A stretch of 60,158 bases of DNA, filler included, from Perkinsus olseni (Eukaryota), in assembly GCA_013115125.1 (NCBI GenBank). It is 2 parts of 2 records of this genome, joined end to end, with 100 filler letters (N's around TTAATTAATTAA, not from the genome) between each part and the next. Parts side by side here need not be neighbours in the genome. Positions count along the whole stretch, not along the records: positions 1 to 30,042 come from JABANN010000427.1; 1 more part is not named here. One strand, written 5' to 3'. Numbering within the stretch: the first letter of the stretch is position 1; each line of letters begins with the position of its first letter. Positions 1 through 13,900 of this stretch are shown piece after piece. The notes beneath the pieces are model-generated. The model saw only the letters and a list, made by a program, of their open reading frames with translations. It was not told where the DNA came from and did not search any database. The translations under genes and the position numbers were made by a program.

Positions 1-3000
1 GCTCAATAATATTAATTACAGATTCCTCTAAGAATCCACTAGAGTGGGGTTTGGTTATCAATGACTCACGATAGCTTTATCATCTTTAGGCCAGTCCACC
101 TGACCAGGGCCGGCAGGACTCCTTCGTGCTGGCGAAAGAACAAGTGAACATCAACAGGACTCTGACTAATCCCAAGGCTACGGTTTCGGATCTGATCAAA
201 GTGGCCAAGACGAACCGTAGGAAGGCCCGTCGGCTGCGGATGCTCGTTCAGGGCGCTTGCTCAGGTCTGATGTTCAATACCGTCAACTGGGCGACCCTGT
301 TCCATCGCTTAGCCAGATTCCACGCTAAAGAAGCAGCTACCAACCATCGAGCGGAAATACAAACCCTCCTACATCAGTGTAAGCTCACCGGCGTCTTTGT
401 TCCATCATCGTCCAGTAGTGAGATACTACTGTTGCCTGCAGGTCGTCTCGAGGAAGACTGCAGCTGTCAGCACCTCGCCAACCTGTCCTGGGCGATGGCT
501 AAACTCCGCATTGTGGAGATGCCTTTACTCCGCACTGTATGTCTAGGAGACTCTCAGTCATCTGGAGACCTCCGGAATTCGCTAGTTTCAAGTTACACGC
601 CAATCTGCGCTTAGGTGGTGGAGAAGTCCCTCGCCATGTCCCAGCTGATGAATCCACCTGATGTGACGAACCTTTGCTGGTCGTTGGCAAAGTCCCGGTC
701 ATTTTTGGACCAGCCATGGCAGTCTCATGAACTGGAAGAAATCGTCAATGACATGTGAGTGACCGCTTCTTCGCATTCTGCCGCTAAATACTGTCGGGAA
801 CTCACGGTTGGCAGGTTCTCTTATGTGGTTGGGAGGATAAGGCTGAGCGGCGAATCGTTCCTGAAAGGCTTCAAGCCAGTTGAGCTATCCTCGGTGATGT
901 GGGCCATCGCCGCTATAAGGGATATGTCTGCGTAGGTTTCAACCGTGCCCTTGCTCTCTTCTATGTTCTTTTGATTAGCTCGGTTATGGAGGGCTTCTCG
1001 GAGGTCTGTGACATAACGGCCGGCTTCTGTGTAGCGCACTTGCCGGTTGAGACGTTTCCGCCGGCATCATTGGCGTCGCTCGCCTGGGCTCTGTCTCAAG
1101 GCAGGGACGAGACCATCAAAAACAAGAGTGAGTTTCTCTGTTACGCCGGCGAAACGAAATTGAAATGGGAGCGGTGATATCTTCGAAATCGCGTCACCGC
1201 CAGGATGGAAGGATGAAACTTTCATCGTGAAAGCCGACCAGCGAACGCAAATCGTTCAACTGCGTCGCTATGAGCATTATTGGGCTTCAACTAGTGGGCA
1301 GGCTGGTTGTGGCGCACCGAATTGGGGCTCCCAAGCTTTGGTCCTTGAGAATAGTCGTGTTCGTCCTCAATGCTGCTCAATGTGCGGTTGCCATCACTCC
1401 TGAGGCGGTGGTTGGCTGTCAAGGAACTCTGTTAAGCAAGTTCCCCACCGACATTCCCGTGTCTATGTGTCTATGCCACGAACTACGACGATACGCCAGG
1501 AGGGGGCGCTTTGCGAGCCCGCGGAGGCTGATGGGTCATGGTTCCAGNNNNNNNNNNNNNNNNNNNNNNNNNNNNNNNNNNNNNNNNNNNNNNNNNNNNN
1601 NNNNNNNNNNNNNNNNNNNNNNNNNNNNNNNNNNNNNNNNNNNNNCGGAAGCTGGGGTCATGGTTCCAGGAAGCTGGGGTCATGGTTCCAGGAAGCTGGG
1701 GTCATGGTTCCAGGAAGCTGGGGTCATGGTTCCAGGAAGCTCCTGAGCGAGGGGAGAAAGTTAGGTTTACCCTGTCTTGCATCTGCCTCCCTTTTCCGGG
1801 AGAAGCTTTTCCGTCACGAGAGGGGCCATTGTGGTCGACATGCTGAACCGCGAGACGCACCAGCCGAGTTGGCCGGGCTGAGGCAACCACGACAAAAACT
1901 TGGAAGGAGGGCCTGCATAGATTGGAAGAATATGAAGGCGGAAAACAGCTGATGTAGTTAAGGTCACTCCGGATAAAGAGCTTGCCTCAGCCCGAGCAGT
2001 GATGGGGTTCCAGCGTGGCGAGCGTACTATCAGCGAGCCACTTGCGGGGACCGGTCACCCAGCAGATAGTCAGTCCGAGTAGACCGTCGAAGGTGAGCCG
2101 CTCTGGTACGCCATGTCGACGATGAAGCGTGACGACTCTCTGTATAGTATACAGAGAGAATAGCATAACTCTCTAGTCTATATCAACTTTCCGGAGAAGA
2201 TTGGGCCCTTCTAGGGGGACGAGTCAAACATCAACTTCTTCTTCAGCAGGAACATCGGGCGCGCTGTGATTGGGGAGCGTGAGCCATCAACGCTTACCCT
2301 ACAGCAATGGCCCGAACATCCACATGGTCGGAGCAATGAGTGACGCACGTGGGAATCGTTTCGCCAGTACATAGTATTATCCAAGATCTTTCTCCCGAGT
2401 TTTCTGTGAGAACTTAGTCCCGTAAACCCGACGGTTGGTTGCCGAAGGCAACTCGCGCCTTGTTCTATCAAAGCGCCGCCAAAACAATCCAATTCTGATA
2501 TTCTCACTGGACGACTAAATTTTTCAGAGTGATGTACCGCTATTGATCCGGGTTGCAGCGTTCTTTCTTTCAACAGTTCGATTCTCTCTAGAAGAAAGTT
2601 TTCCGTCAGCGTCTAGCTTCCCGTTAGTCCAGTCTGACGAACACGACTCGGCATTCTCTTCTGCAGCTTTAGGAAACTGGCGGTATCTTTTCTCAGGCTC
2701 GAGAAGGACACCCGGGGCTCTATCGGTTCTCATGAGGCGCTCCAGCGAGTACCTCTGCAGTCGTGGCCGTCTCTTATTCAAACTCAAGGCGAAGGATCTG
2801 TCTGAGTTGCTATGGGCCATAGTTGGATCTGGGGTGGTGCATGAGGAATTCCTAGATAAGGCAAGTGTGCAAGATTCCGGGCGCCCAGCACCTCGGGATG
2901 CTTCAGGCCTATCATAGTATTGAACTCGTCTTACGTACAAGCCAGAAACCCTTCGATGCCTCCGCCGTCCCCGGCCTGTTCCGAGCAAGTAGGGCTGTCG

Positions 3001-4993
3001 TCCCCGCAAAGATCTGCTGCTTCCAGCGCGTCCGCTCTGTTCAGGTGCCTGGGCGGCGCAATTGGCCTCCACTGAAGGCAGCACCAAATCTTCAGGCGCA
3101 GCTGCTGGACGGCCCAGCGAGCCGAACTCCTGCAGCTCTATTTCGACCGCCACGAGCACTGAGTCGGGCTCGTGGTGTCCGATGTCCCGCCAGCTCTTCG
3201 AGAAGCTCCTGGACGTTGTTTGTGATGCGGGCGTCGAGTGCTGCCTAGGAGGAGAGAAAAGTACATAGGAGCTCTGTTGTCTTCCAGCGAACTGCATCAG
3301 GCCTTTTCAGACCATCTCCCAGAGTCATTGGTTATGCTCCTGAATCACTTCAATGTCGCCAATGAATCGGCCGCAGACGGTCGAGAATGCTTCGACAAGT
3401 GCGCGCGACTAGCTCAGCTCCTCGATGAGGATTTCCTGGCGCGTGAAGGTGACTTGGTTCGTCGCAATGATATATCTGGAAACTCTTCAATAGGTACGGG
3501 CTGGAGTCCGCATGGAGCACTCGAGCTGGTGGAGCTGACGGCTCTCACGCGGCTGGATTCTCGGCGAATCATAGCAGCCTTCAGTAGGGCCTGCGGTACT
3601 CCCTCGTCCCTTAAGGCAACAACACCCAATAGATACCAATGCGAGTGGCTTATTGAAAAGTCACGGCGGAGAGGTTGAAGATTGCGTAGAGCTGCTGTAT
3701 GTTGCCGACTCCTCTGGATATGAACTCAAGTGGCAGTCAATTGAAGCCACCATCGTGGCGCTTGAGGCAGGGGCGAGCAGTAGGTCCATTGAACGCCCCG
3801 ATAGGTCCATGATGGTCTCTGCTGTCAGTTACCCGCCGGAGTCTGGCTCGCTTGGCCTTCCTCGCTACTTACTCCGCCATTAATACATACAGACTCCTCC
3901 CGCCGGGACTACTGGAGTTGCTATGCCCTCCACTGGATCACGCTGACAGCAGCATTAGGAAGGACATCGATGACGATGGAGACGATGCCTCCTTGTCCAG
4001 GCTAGTTTGTGTAGGCCGTCAGGGGGGGGGTGGCGCTCGTGCCTGCGGTTGCCGCCTGTGAACTCGGGTTGATGCTATCTTCACTAACTACGTTTCAATA
4101 GACCTTCGAAAAGCCTCCCATCCTCCTTGCGTAATTCATGTACGCAATGCAACCGTCTTCGCCCAGGCACTGTCAAGAAGTGATTCCACGCGGGGCGACG
4201 AGGTCTTGGCTGAGCGACTGTGCGAGTTGGTAGAGGACAAGGACGAGAGACGATGGTCTGGTCTCCACACCGTGGCTGTGGTCCAGGGCTTGGACAGGTG
4301 CCTGGTGCCCCCCGCTGTGAATTGCAGATGGCCAACTTGTCTCAGGATGTCGCCCCGAATGCTGCCGTCTTTTGTATCTGCCAATCTTGTGTCCATTTCC
4401 CAGCGTCTCGAGGAGCTCTCGAAGAGCATCAGCCCAGCAGAGAAGGTCCGCCCTTATCGCACTCAGGTCTCCTGAAGGCGAGCTTGGTCAGGTCTTGGCG
4501 GAGATGACGCTGGAGATCGTAATTAGAGTTGTCGGCAGCGACAGGCCCTCTTTCCTGGATCAACCTCGGAGCCTCCGTCCGCTGATGTTTTGAATATATA
4601 AAGTATGACAGTTTCCGCCCCTCCCCCCTCCGGAACCCTCCTCGCAGTGACGATGAGGAAGTACATCAATATTGTAACACAGCTGCCCGGACAGATCACC
4701 ACCGTCATCTTTCCCCTCAGGCGTGTCTAGGAATCGCTTCGTCTCTGCTGCCCTATGCCCTGATTGTCTGCAATACTATTTGACCGATTCGTAATGGTGA
4801 CGCTGGTGCCTAGTGTCAGCATCGCCTCTGGCCTCTTCCGCAGGTACGTACCACACCCTTGCCAACGCAAGTATTCTATTCTGTTCTGCCGCCGCCGCCG
4901 CCTCCGTTGCCTGACCACCCGAAGAAGAGGCAGAGTCACCATTTTGGCTTTGTGTCCGCCATTGTGGTTGAGGACAGTTGCGGACGGCAATAG
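1..4993 (+). CDS. Intron-rich helical-repeat (RAP/HPR/OPR-like) RNA-binding protein. 5' end lies outside the window; may be one gene with a long intron (~1130-2215) or two genes
   Basis: Spliced exons give FNTVNWATLFHRLAR, QHLANLSWAMAKL, PPDVTNLCWSLAK, FKPVELSSVMWAIA, FPPASLASLAWALSQ and later LKAKDLSELLWAIV. These match the 'L-x-N/S-x-x-W-A' repeats typical of RAP-domain/heptatricopeptide proteins. A possible degenerate RAP-like tail (KKRQSHHFGFVSAIVVE) ends at TAG 4991-4993. Exon chain not fully resolved. Confidence 0.55.
1523..1741 (+). repeat. 22-bp minisatellite (GGAAGCTGGGGTCATGGTTCCA)n spanning an assembly gap
   Basis: Four perfect copies at 1647-1734 plus a partial copy, one variant copy at 1523-1547, and an N gap at 1548-1645 between them. 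Confidence 0.95.
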
Positions 4994-5403
4994 ACGGCTG
5001 CATCCTTACAAGAGTATGAAGTTAAGATGTTTCTCTTGAGCGCGTCGTGCGTCGAGGTTGGAGTCAATCACGGGTGATGTTGGCAGAGCCAATACATCGG
5101 CTATCGGGCTCGGACGGGATCGGCGATAGTGAGCCAACAGCAGTCCATTGCGAGGAGCTTCCCTAGTAACAACATGACAGCTGTGACGTCGAGCTCGAAC
5201 GACGTCGTCAAGAAGAATGGAACGCAGAGCGACTCCAGCCAGCTGAGCGAATCTTCGCCCATCATGGTAGACATCCCGTTCGGACTTTCTGGGTGGGGGC
5301 TGCGGATATCGATTGGAATTTACGTGACGTTGGAGGGCACGTCCTGCAGTGCCTGGTGTCGAGTTGGCACTGCCACGCTGGCCGCGACAACAGCAGTGAA
5401 CGC

Positions 5404-7610
5404 ATGAGCTTCATGCCCTTCTCAGAGTCCTGGGAGCGGCTCAGAAACCTCACAAGTCACGTCTGAAAATAGTGAAAATGGGCGAGTCGGCGATGATCTT
5501 GAAGGAGGAAAGGCGATAGTTGCAGATCTTGTACGATTCACGAGCCTTCAGAGGGATAACAGCCCGACCTCTGTAGGTATCATGGCTGTCCATACTGAAG
5601 GAAGATACTTCGAGGCAATTGAAAGAAATCCATGCTAAGCTCATTATGTTACAGGACCACGTCCTCGAGGTGACACTAAAGACGAGGGTTCTTTGGAGCT
5701 CTCCCGAACGTTGTAGTTGCGCAGTTCGAATGACGACTGTCATGAGAAAATTACTCGCCTGGAAGACGACCACGGCGAGGTCCTTCGAAGCCTCGGAGCT
5801 GCCGATTCCAAGACCGCTGCAGTAGGGAGGGTCGGAGTCGCCGCAACTCGAGCTGGCATCTCTGTTTAGATAGATGCTCGGTTGGCTCGCCTCGAGTCTG
5901 CAGTGGCGGAGCTGGCTCATCCGGGAGACGAAAATGAGCTTCGTGAAGAGTGGCTACTCACACTGGCTGAGGAGAAGATGAGTCGGTAGTAGGAAGAAGC
6001 TGCCGCTGTGCTGCGGACGCCGTCGCTGAGCAGACGCCTCGATGATCTCGCCCTCCCGCAACAACTGGGGCAGATCAGGGACAGACAAAAGGCGGCGGAA
6101 GAGTCTATCAGGAAATCGAGGGAAGCCTCTGACTTGTACGCGGAGGCCTCACTACAATCAGGGTACGGCTTGAGGGAGCAGATTCTCGGAGACAATGAGG
6201 GCATCGGTGAAGCAGTGTAACAAGGCGACTGCTGGCGTGCAGCGGGAGCTCACTGGACTGAAGAGGCTCGTCGAGGAGACGGTAATGCTCGAAAGATTGT
6301 TAATCACAATAGAAGCATCGCAGCTTCTCATACCGCGTCCGAATACTTCACGTTGTTACCACCCCCTGTGATTTGTCCCGGCAGGCCCTACCCTCGACTG
6401 GAGAGGAAGGCCAGCTGACTCGCTCCCTTTCGAGTAGTGTATGCTCCTCTGAGGACGTGCAACGGACGGCGTAGGGCGAGCGCGTCTTACGTTACTGACG
6501 ATGGTTTCAGGAGGAGTCTGCTAGGCTCACCGGGCTTCACGAGGCTCATCGACAACGCTACGGCTAAGCATGTGAAGTCCATTATGGAGCGGTGCAGACT
6601 GGAGGACGAGATGTCGGCAACCGAAATCAAGCGGGCCGTGAAGGTGACTGCGGCCCCCTTCTTGGTCTCTGAGGCGGACCGCCCGGTCTGGAAGGTTATC
6701 GACCATAAAGTAGCCGTAGTGAGCAGGAAAGTGGACCAGAGCTGCAGGGCGGCGGACACACTACAGGCCAGCGTGCATGACGAACAGGCTTTGATGATGT
6801 TGAAGATGTAGCCGTGATTTATGCGGCCCCTCGCAGTCCTCTTCCGTAGGCGTGAGGTTATTGAAGCTTCTAGCAAGCCGACGAGCATCGCACGGGAAGT
6901 TGAGAATAGAGTTCAAACTAGTATGCGGAAGGTGCACGAGGTTTGTCTATTCCCGGAGCACGCGGCCCTGGCCTGGCTACGCTCTATGTAGGAGATGGCG
7001 GCCATTCGGGCGAAGGTCTGTCAGCTTCAGCAGGACCTCAATGCTGTCCGAGATAGTTCTGTGGATGTCGAGAGTAAAGCGGTTCTGACCCAACGCTTGA
7101 AGACGCTCGAAGAAACTATTGTCTCTTTGCAAAGGTCTGCCGCCGTCCAGGACCGGTACCTCGTGGATGTAGGCAGCCCGTCCTCGACATGCTCGACGCT
7201 GATTCCTCGTCTCATCAGACGCCCCAATCGGTGCCTTCGATCACTCCCCTATGCCCAGACGGACAACTGAGCTGTCCTGTCACTGCAAGGCTCACGACTG
7301 CTGCTGAGGAGGGGCGAAGGGGTGGTGAGTACTCATGGCGTCTATGGAGATCTCTCTAGTTCCTCCGCGCCATTCGGACGGTAAATGGCGGCTGCGTACT
7401 CGGCCCCCTCTGCCAGATAGCGGACCTTCATCATCCCCACGGAGGACAGAGGGTGCGGGAGTCCGACCTCTTCACACGACCTCCGGGCCTGCACCAACAG
7501 TGGCCGATTGGGCTGCCAATTGGACGACCAGTGCATCTGGAAATTGCCAAGGCAGGATACCACAACTCTTCCTGAAACAGTCGGAGGGGAATCCATCCAG
7601 CAGCGCATGA
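5404..7610 (+). CDS. Hypothetical intron-rich coiled-coil protein (start approximate)
   Basis: Exon-sized reading segments flanked by GT/AG with heptad-like content: DARLARLESAVAELAHPGDENELREEW, RLIDNATAKHVKSIMERCRLEDE, IRAKVCQLQQDLNAVRD...LTQRLKTLEETIVSLQ. Likely stop at 7608-7610. Confidence 0.5.
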
Positions 7611-8269
7611 AGAACACGCTATCTGCTATGTAGCGTTGCCGTTTTGAATGATGGCCTTGTGTTTTTCTCATGAAGTTAGTAAGGACGGACAAGTCATTCA
7701 AAAGGGTCGTTCAAAGGAGATCTCTGTCACTGCCTTAGGAAAAAAGACCGCATCAGCTCTCCCACCTCAGGGGCATTTCACTTAGGAATTACTACCATCC
7801 CGATTGAGTGGAACCCACCAACCCATACTGGTGAAACACTGAGAAGAGGGGTATGACCGCCATGCTACGCCGGTGTCGAATGCAAATCGCCATCTTCCCT
7901 CGCACTAGAGGTGGCTGTCCCTGAGTACACCCTAGGGCCACTGATCACCCTCTAATCAACCTGAACTGATGATGAACTGATGATAACACAACATAGTGAA
8001 CTCGAAACGAAATGGGTCTTTTGCAACTGTCACCCCGCAATCAGCAGCTACACTCATACGGCACACTAAACACTATTTTGGAGGAGGAGATTTACCATCA
8101 ACAACTTCCTCCTGAATGTACTGCAGGATGCAGAGTGACTTCATATGATGAACATTTATCGCTTTAAAAGTCGCCTCGCTCCTCTCGAACTCACAATCCC
8201 CCTCAGCAGCCTTTTGCTGTATACCGGACTGTGACCTCGAAGAACCAGAGCATAGATCGATAAATATTT

Positions 8270-9837
8270 TTAAAGCTCCTCGCCCTTCTCGGTCTCGGTC
8301 TCCTCCTCCTGCTTGGCAGCCTTATGGGCAGCAAGACGCTCCTTGAGTGCCTCAGGATCGGAGTGATGCTCCTTGATCCACTCCCAAATACCCTTGGCGT
8401 TACGAGGACCGTCGTACTTAACGGGCTCCGACTCGCCAGCCTTCACGTAGTAGAGAGTCGGGAAGCCCTCCCAAGAGATGCTCTCAACAGGAGAATCATT
8501 AGCGGTGCCATCCATCTTAGCGAGCATGAGCATATCCTCAACACCCTCCTCAGCGACCTCCTTAGCAACCCTCTCGTACTCGGGAGCAAGCTTCTTGCAG
8601 TGACCGCACCAGGGAGCGTAGATCTCGAAAAGAACATCCTTGTCAGCAGGGAAGACATCTTCCTTGAGGGTCGAGCCAACGACGACGTGGACGGGCTCAT
8701 CCTGAGAACTGGGGACAGGCTCAGACTTAAGAGTGGGCTCAACGGAGCCGTCGAGAACACCGTTAAGGAACTCAGCGATCTTAGGGGCAGTCATCTCACC
8801 AGTGTAAAGATACTTCATCTTGTCACCAGCCTTCTTGTTGACGGCGAGAGTAGGGAGCTCAGTGACGCCGAACATACCCTCAATGGCACGCTTGAACTGG
8901 ACAGTATCGATGTAAGTGAAGGCGAACTTGTCCTTGAACTCCTTGGCAAGCTCATTCATGACCGGACGGTACTCATCAGCGGCCCTCTCGAGATCATCGC
9001 TGGACTCCTGCTCGAAGCAGCCCCAGACAAGACCCTTACCGGAGGACATGTATTTACCGTACGACTCGCCATCGAGGACGCCAAACAAGGGAAGCTCATT
9101 GTCATCGAGGCACTTCTTGAGACCGTCGAAAGTGAGGTCATCGCACACAACAGGCTCCTCACCCTTATGCTGGACGGTAACGGTAGGCTTCTCAGCGTCA
9201 GTGGCAACGTGGTAGAAAGTGAAGTCACTTCTCTTCCTCGAGGCGATCTCCTCGAAGTCGGTCGAAGTCTCGGCACCCTCGTAGACACACAAGGGCTTAG
9301 TGCCTGCTGCCTCCTCAGCCTCCTTACGGCTGCTGGCCTCCTTCACAGCAGGACCGGTCATGTCAGTGCACCAGGTCTTGATCTCGGCCGCAGTACGTCC
9401 ACCGTCGTACTCGGACTTCTCACCGTCCACGAACCAGAACAAAGTGGGGTAGCCTCGGATACCGTACTCCTCAGCCATCTTCTTGTTGGCAGTGGCATCG
9501 ATTTCAGCGAAGGCAAGCTTCTCCTCATCGATCTCCTCAGCGAGCTCATTGGCAGCCTGCTCGAACTCGGGAGCAAGACGCTTGCAGAAGCCGCACCAGG
9601 GAGCGTAGAACTTCACCAAGGCGTATCTGAGAATTGAATACTACAACCCCGCGCAGAAGAAAAGACGAGACTAAGAGAGTAACGAGTTTCAAAAGCCTGC
9701 CGCATCCGCCCTCCTTACTTGTGCTCCTTGACGAAGTCGTTCATGTTGTCATCAGTCAACTGATGGACTTTCGACTCCGAGTCGGCGGCAAAAGCCACAG
9801 CAGCAATTGCTGCGAAAAAGCTGATGAATTTTACCAT
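8270..9837 (-). CDS. PDI: Protein disulfide isomerase (a-b-b'-a'), 2 exons (9837-9719, 9626-8270), 491 aa
   Basis: Signal peptide MVKFISFFAAIAAVAFA, a 92-nt GT-AG intron at 9718-9627 joining in frame, thioredoxin motifs FYAPWCGFCK and IYAPWCGHCK, and an acidic tail ending GEEL (KDEL-like ER retention). Confidence 0.97.
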
Positions 9838-10968
9838 AAAAACAGGAAAAATTTATCCTGAAAAGACTCAGCGTATGAGCAGAAACTTGACAACACGCTA
9901 TCAGATACAAAACCCAACTCTTCACTTGACAGGCACTACCAATCGTCACTGTCCTTTAGCGCTAGAGCCACCATGACACAAGATGGGCTTAACAGGCGGC
10001 ATTCACCTAGGATGACTCACAACGGGTACAACAGTTGTGTGCCCTCGAAAGGGATAGGGAGGCTAGTGAGGGGAGGCGATGCAGCTCGCTATCACACAAA
10101 AGGGGACACGGCTCTCGTCACTTCCACAAATTCATGGAGAGACCGTTCGCTGTGTCTGCATTCTCACTATCATTGACCTATCAATATCTCAAGCATCGCC
10201 CGCTATCACCGGTGACATACTTCGGTTATATTCGCTCTACTCTCAGCCTCAACGAGTGCACGCGACCGCTCGCAGGTGCTCAGATGCGCCGCTTTTCGCT
10301 CAGCGCTCTGTTCGTTTGCGGCATCCGCCTGTCGCTCCGCGGACTAGTGAACTCAAGACTGCTCAGTGCTCGTTACTGAAAAGGATAGGATACTCAGAAG
10401 TGGTCATCGAAGACGGTATAGGAAGGAACAGATGATCCGCGGCTTGGTCGTTCATTTAAAAAAGAGCCCGGATAGCGGCAAACGCTTCGCCCGTCATCTG
10501 TCTATGCATCGATGGCACGCACACCTGTTACGGCGCAGCGTTGTCACTCGTGGCCAGTGAACCTGCTCGCGATAAGAAACTTTGGCAGAGCGCTATCCTC
10601 CACTGGAGAATCTCTGCAAGGGACGCATGATGGTAAAGAGCATCACAAGAGCACGATCTCTCAACTTCCTTGAGCTATTCATCGACACTTCCTGCGATTC
10701 GGACCTGGACGGCCTCCCCACCGATGAATGACAGAGGGGTAAGGTCCCCCCATCGGTCAGTCAGTCGCACGGAGCTATCGAACATAGCCTTCACTCAGAT
10801 CGACACAAAACCGAATCAAAATAGCAGAAACACATTACGCGGAAAGAAATGATCATGCTGAGATCTTCACGTGCTCATCTTTACGTCCCCTCCTCGCAGT
10901 AACAGCAGCAGCAAGACGTCTCGTTTGCCTGGCACCGACCGCTACACTTCACGTAGGAACTATATCCC

Positions 10969-13900
10969 CTACTTGTGGGAGGCCCCCGCCACAGCAAACA
11001 TCGCTCCGCCAGGCGTTATGCTTCGTTTTCGCCGCTTAGGAGCGAAGTCCGTTATAGCCCTTGCGTATTGACGCAGCACCTGACGAGGTCGATAGTCCTG
11101 CCCAACCACCCCAGAAGGCCCACCCGCGCTGTCAGCCCTTTGTGGTCCTCCATCAAACCACCCATATTCCCCACACTCAGATGCACAGTAGCTTCATAGA
11201 GCTCATCCAGCAGTCGCGGAGTAGTGGTTTGTGAACTCAAGGCTGAGCACACCAACATCTTCCATCCGACACACCTGACACACCGCCTCCTCCCACCCTT
11301 CAACTGTTTAACGATGAGCCGGACCACCTCGGTGGCCCCGACCGTGTCATGCAAGCCGCTGATGGCCGCGTACAGCGCACACTTGGTCGACAGCTGAGGA
11401 GAGGCACCATGTCTTGGCTCAGATTCCTAATCCACTCATTACGTTGTAGCTAGCTGCCTCAAAGACGAGACCAGCACTGAGGTCCTTCAAAGCCTTCGGA
11501 TGGGACAGACTCCCATATCTGTAAACAACCCTGACGCGCCACGACGATGATAAGGAGGGGCCACATCAGCCGTAAATGACGAGGCTCGAGCTCTCTGGTG
11601 AGCTTAGACTTGATCGCTTCGGTCAAGCCCTTCGTGGCTGACTCCACTATTGTATAATCACAGCCGCCGAGGGCCGCCCACGCCCGACAGAGATCACCCA
11701 GTGAGGAATCTGGAAGGCCGGGAGATCTCCCTGGGAACATGTTATCAAGACCTACTCTCGTTGTCCGATACGAACTCAGCGAGACGGGACAAACGAGAGT
11801 CCTGACCGGTGGTGAGGGCGAGGAGGCCCATCCACACTGAGGCGACCGATGGCAGCTGCGACTCCTGACGACGATCGCATCCTGCAGGCCATCGACCACT
11901 CTGCTGCTGCTGCTGCTCACTCTGAGTCCCTCAAGGACCTTGGACTCGTCCAGCTCCGCAACCATCACCATAGCGAGCTCCGGCGGGGCTACCTCAGCGA
12001 AGATCTTCATGCACCGCACCCGATGACCCTTAGGCGAGGCCGCTACTGCCGGCGCCAAAGCCCTGCAGATCTTCGTGGTGAGCTCGGGCTCTACGTCGTA
12101 ACTTGACAGTGAGTGAAGGAAGCCAAGCCGTACACGTGCCTTACCTGAGGCCTATGCACTCCAGCAGGTTCGCCATCTCCTCATCCCTCAAGTGCCGTCG
12201 TCCTGTCTCCTCACTTCCCGCCGTCAGACTATCATTGATCTCAGTAAGCGCCCGTGTGAGGAGCCTCCGAGCCCCTTCGTGGTCGGCCATTAAAGCATAG
12301 CATTTGACCAAGCCTTTCAGGACCACCAGCGGGTCCGGCAGACTATCTGGGAGAATAGGGGCAAGTTTCCCCGAAGGACAGTGCCGATTTACCTGTAGAA
12401 TCTAACTGTACGATGAGCTGCCCGGCGATCTCCCGGATACAGTCCAGAGCTTCAACTCTTGCAATCTCGCTATTCCTCAACGCTGAGGAACTCCCAGCCA
12501 AAACCGTCGCCAGAGTTAAAGCGCCCAGCTGCGAACTCATATTAGAAACTCTCTTGAGGAAGCGCAGGTAGGGTTCGGGCTCGGTCGGGAAGGGACACCG
12601 ATAGGCGAGCAGGGACCTCAACAGGGTCCTCACATCGTCAACAGTGAAGGCGCTCAGCTGACCGCATACTCCATGTACCAAAAATGACTCGAAATAATGA
12701 CTGTCCCTCACATCGAACCTGCGCGGGAATCACCCCACCCTGTAATCAGGCTACCGACCTCTCCAATAGTTGCGGGAACACTGCCAGCTCGGACGGCGGC
12801 ACAGTCGAAAACCTCTCTCGGTAGGAGCGCATTATCCGCCTGAAAGTCGGGAGCGATGCATACAACGGGTGACCAGCCCCAGCTTCACGTGAGCTCGACG
12901 ACCCAGACCCAATCGTACAGAAGAAGCTACTGGACGTATCTTCGGCTGATGATGAGCGGAGGCAAAAGAGAGGTGGTTGGAAGAGTTGGACGGGGATTCC
13001 CAAGGACCCACGTGAACGTCCTCAAGCGGAGCAATCGACCAACTCGAAGGAGTACCTCCACCAGGCCTTCACCGTAATATCCACTCTGACAAAAGCCAGC
13101 ATCAACCTAAGATTCCATTCCATCACCTACCCGAGTGATAGCTGAGACAGCTCGCTGGTAGTAGGGCAGGAAGCCCTCCCTAGCTACTTTATTTTCAGAG
13201 AAGTACTTCATCACCTTCATCGACTCCGCCAACTCCTCGAGGTACTCCTTCTTACTAATATCTGAGCACCCGGTATGGCCGCCTCCAACCAAGCCTACCT
13301 CCCCTCACTACCACCATTCACCACAGCAGCGAGGGCCGACTGATGGGCAGTCAAGACCACACCGAGCATGCTATCCGTCACCTTAACTCGGTTATGGTGG
13401 AGAAACACCACCGCCCGGACCTGCTGGTTGGGGCTTCTCACTAGTAGTGAGTCACTACTACGATACAGCCTCGAGAACTGCATAAGGCGACACGGCAAAA
13501 AACCAACGATCAGGTCCCCTCTCGTCGAGCTGTGCAGGGGAGTCCTACGGGAAGACCACGCCCTGGCGTACAGCAGCTTCCATAGTGAGCTGAGTGCCAT
13601 CTTTCTTCAGGAGGCGCTGCAGTATCGACTTGACCTCCTCCAGAGTGACCACCTTAGTGATGCTCGCCATGGACTCAGCTTCTATGTCAGGCAGCTCTGT
13701 CGCCAGGAATAGACGGGGTATCTGACTGGTTGATCTCACCACACCCAAGTACTGGGTGAATTTAACATTCGGGCAATCCCATCGTCCACTAAGCCCTTCC
13801 TACTGAAGCGGATAAGTCCCTAGAAGGGCAGACTCTTACGGATGACCCTCGTCAAGTAGATATATTAAGAGCATATACGCACGCTTGGCCCCGGAGCCCG

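Noticed and set aside
1467-1952. ORFs with repeating EAGVMVPGSWGHGSRKLGSWFQ peptides
   Set aside because: These are translation artefacts of the stop-free 22-bp minisatellite and the N gap.
2524-3297. 257-aa minus-strand ORF
   Set aside because: Its Arg/Ser-rich composition is typical of shadow frames, and the plus strand carries the spliced helical-repeat gene.
8324-9637. 437-aa plus-strand ORF antisense to PDI
   Set aside because: It mirrors PDI codon-for-codon and is explained by PDI's strong codon bias, which avoids antisense stops. It has no recognisable motifs.
11407-11422. CCATGTCTTGGCTCAG resembling the 3' part of a dinoflagellate/perkinsid spliced leader
   Set aside because: It is only a gapped partial match, lies antisense within another gene and has no SL-RNA context, so it is likely chance.
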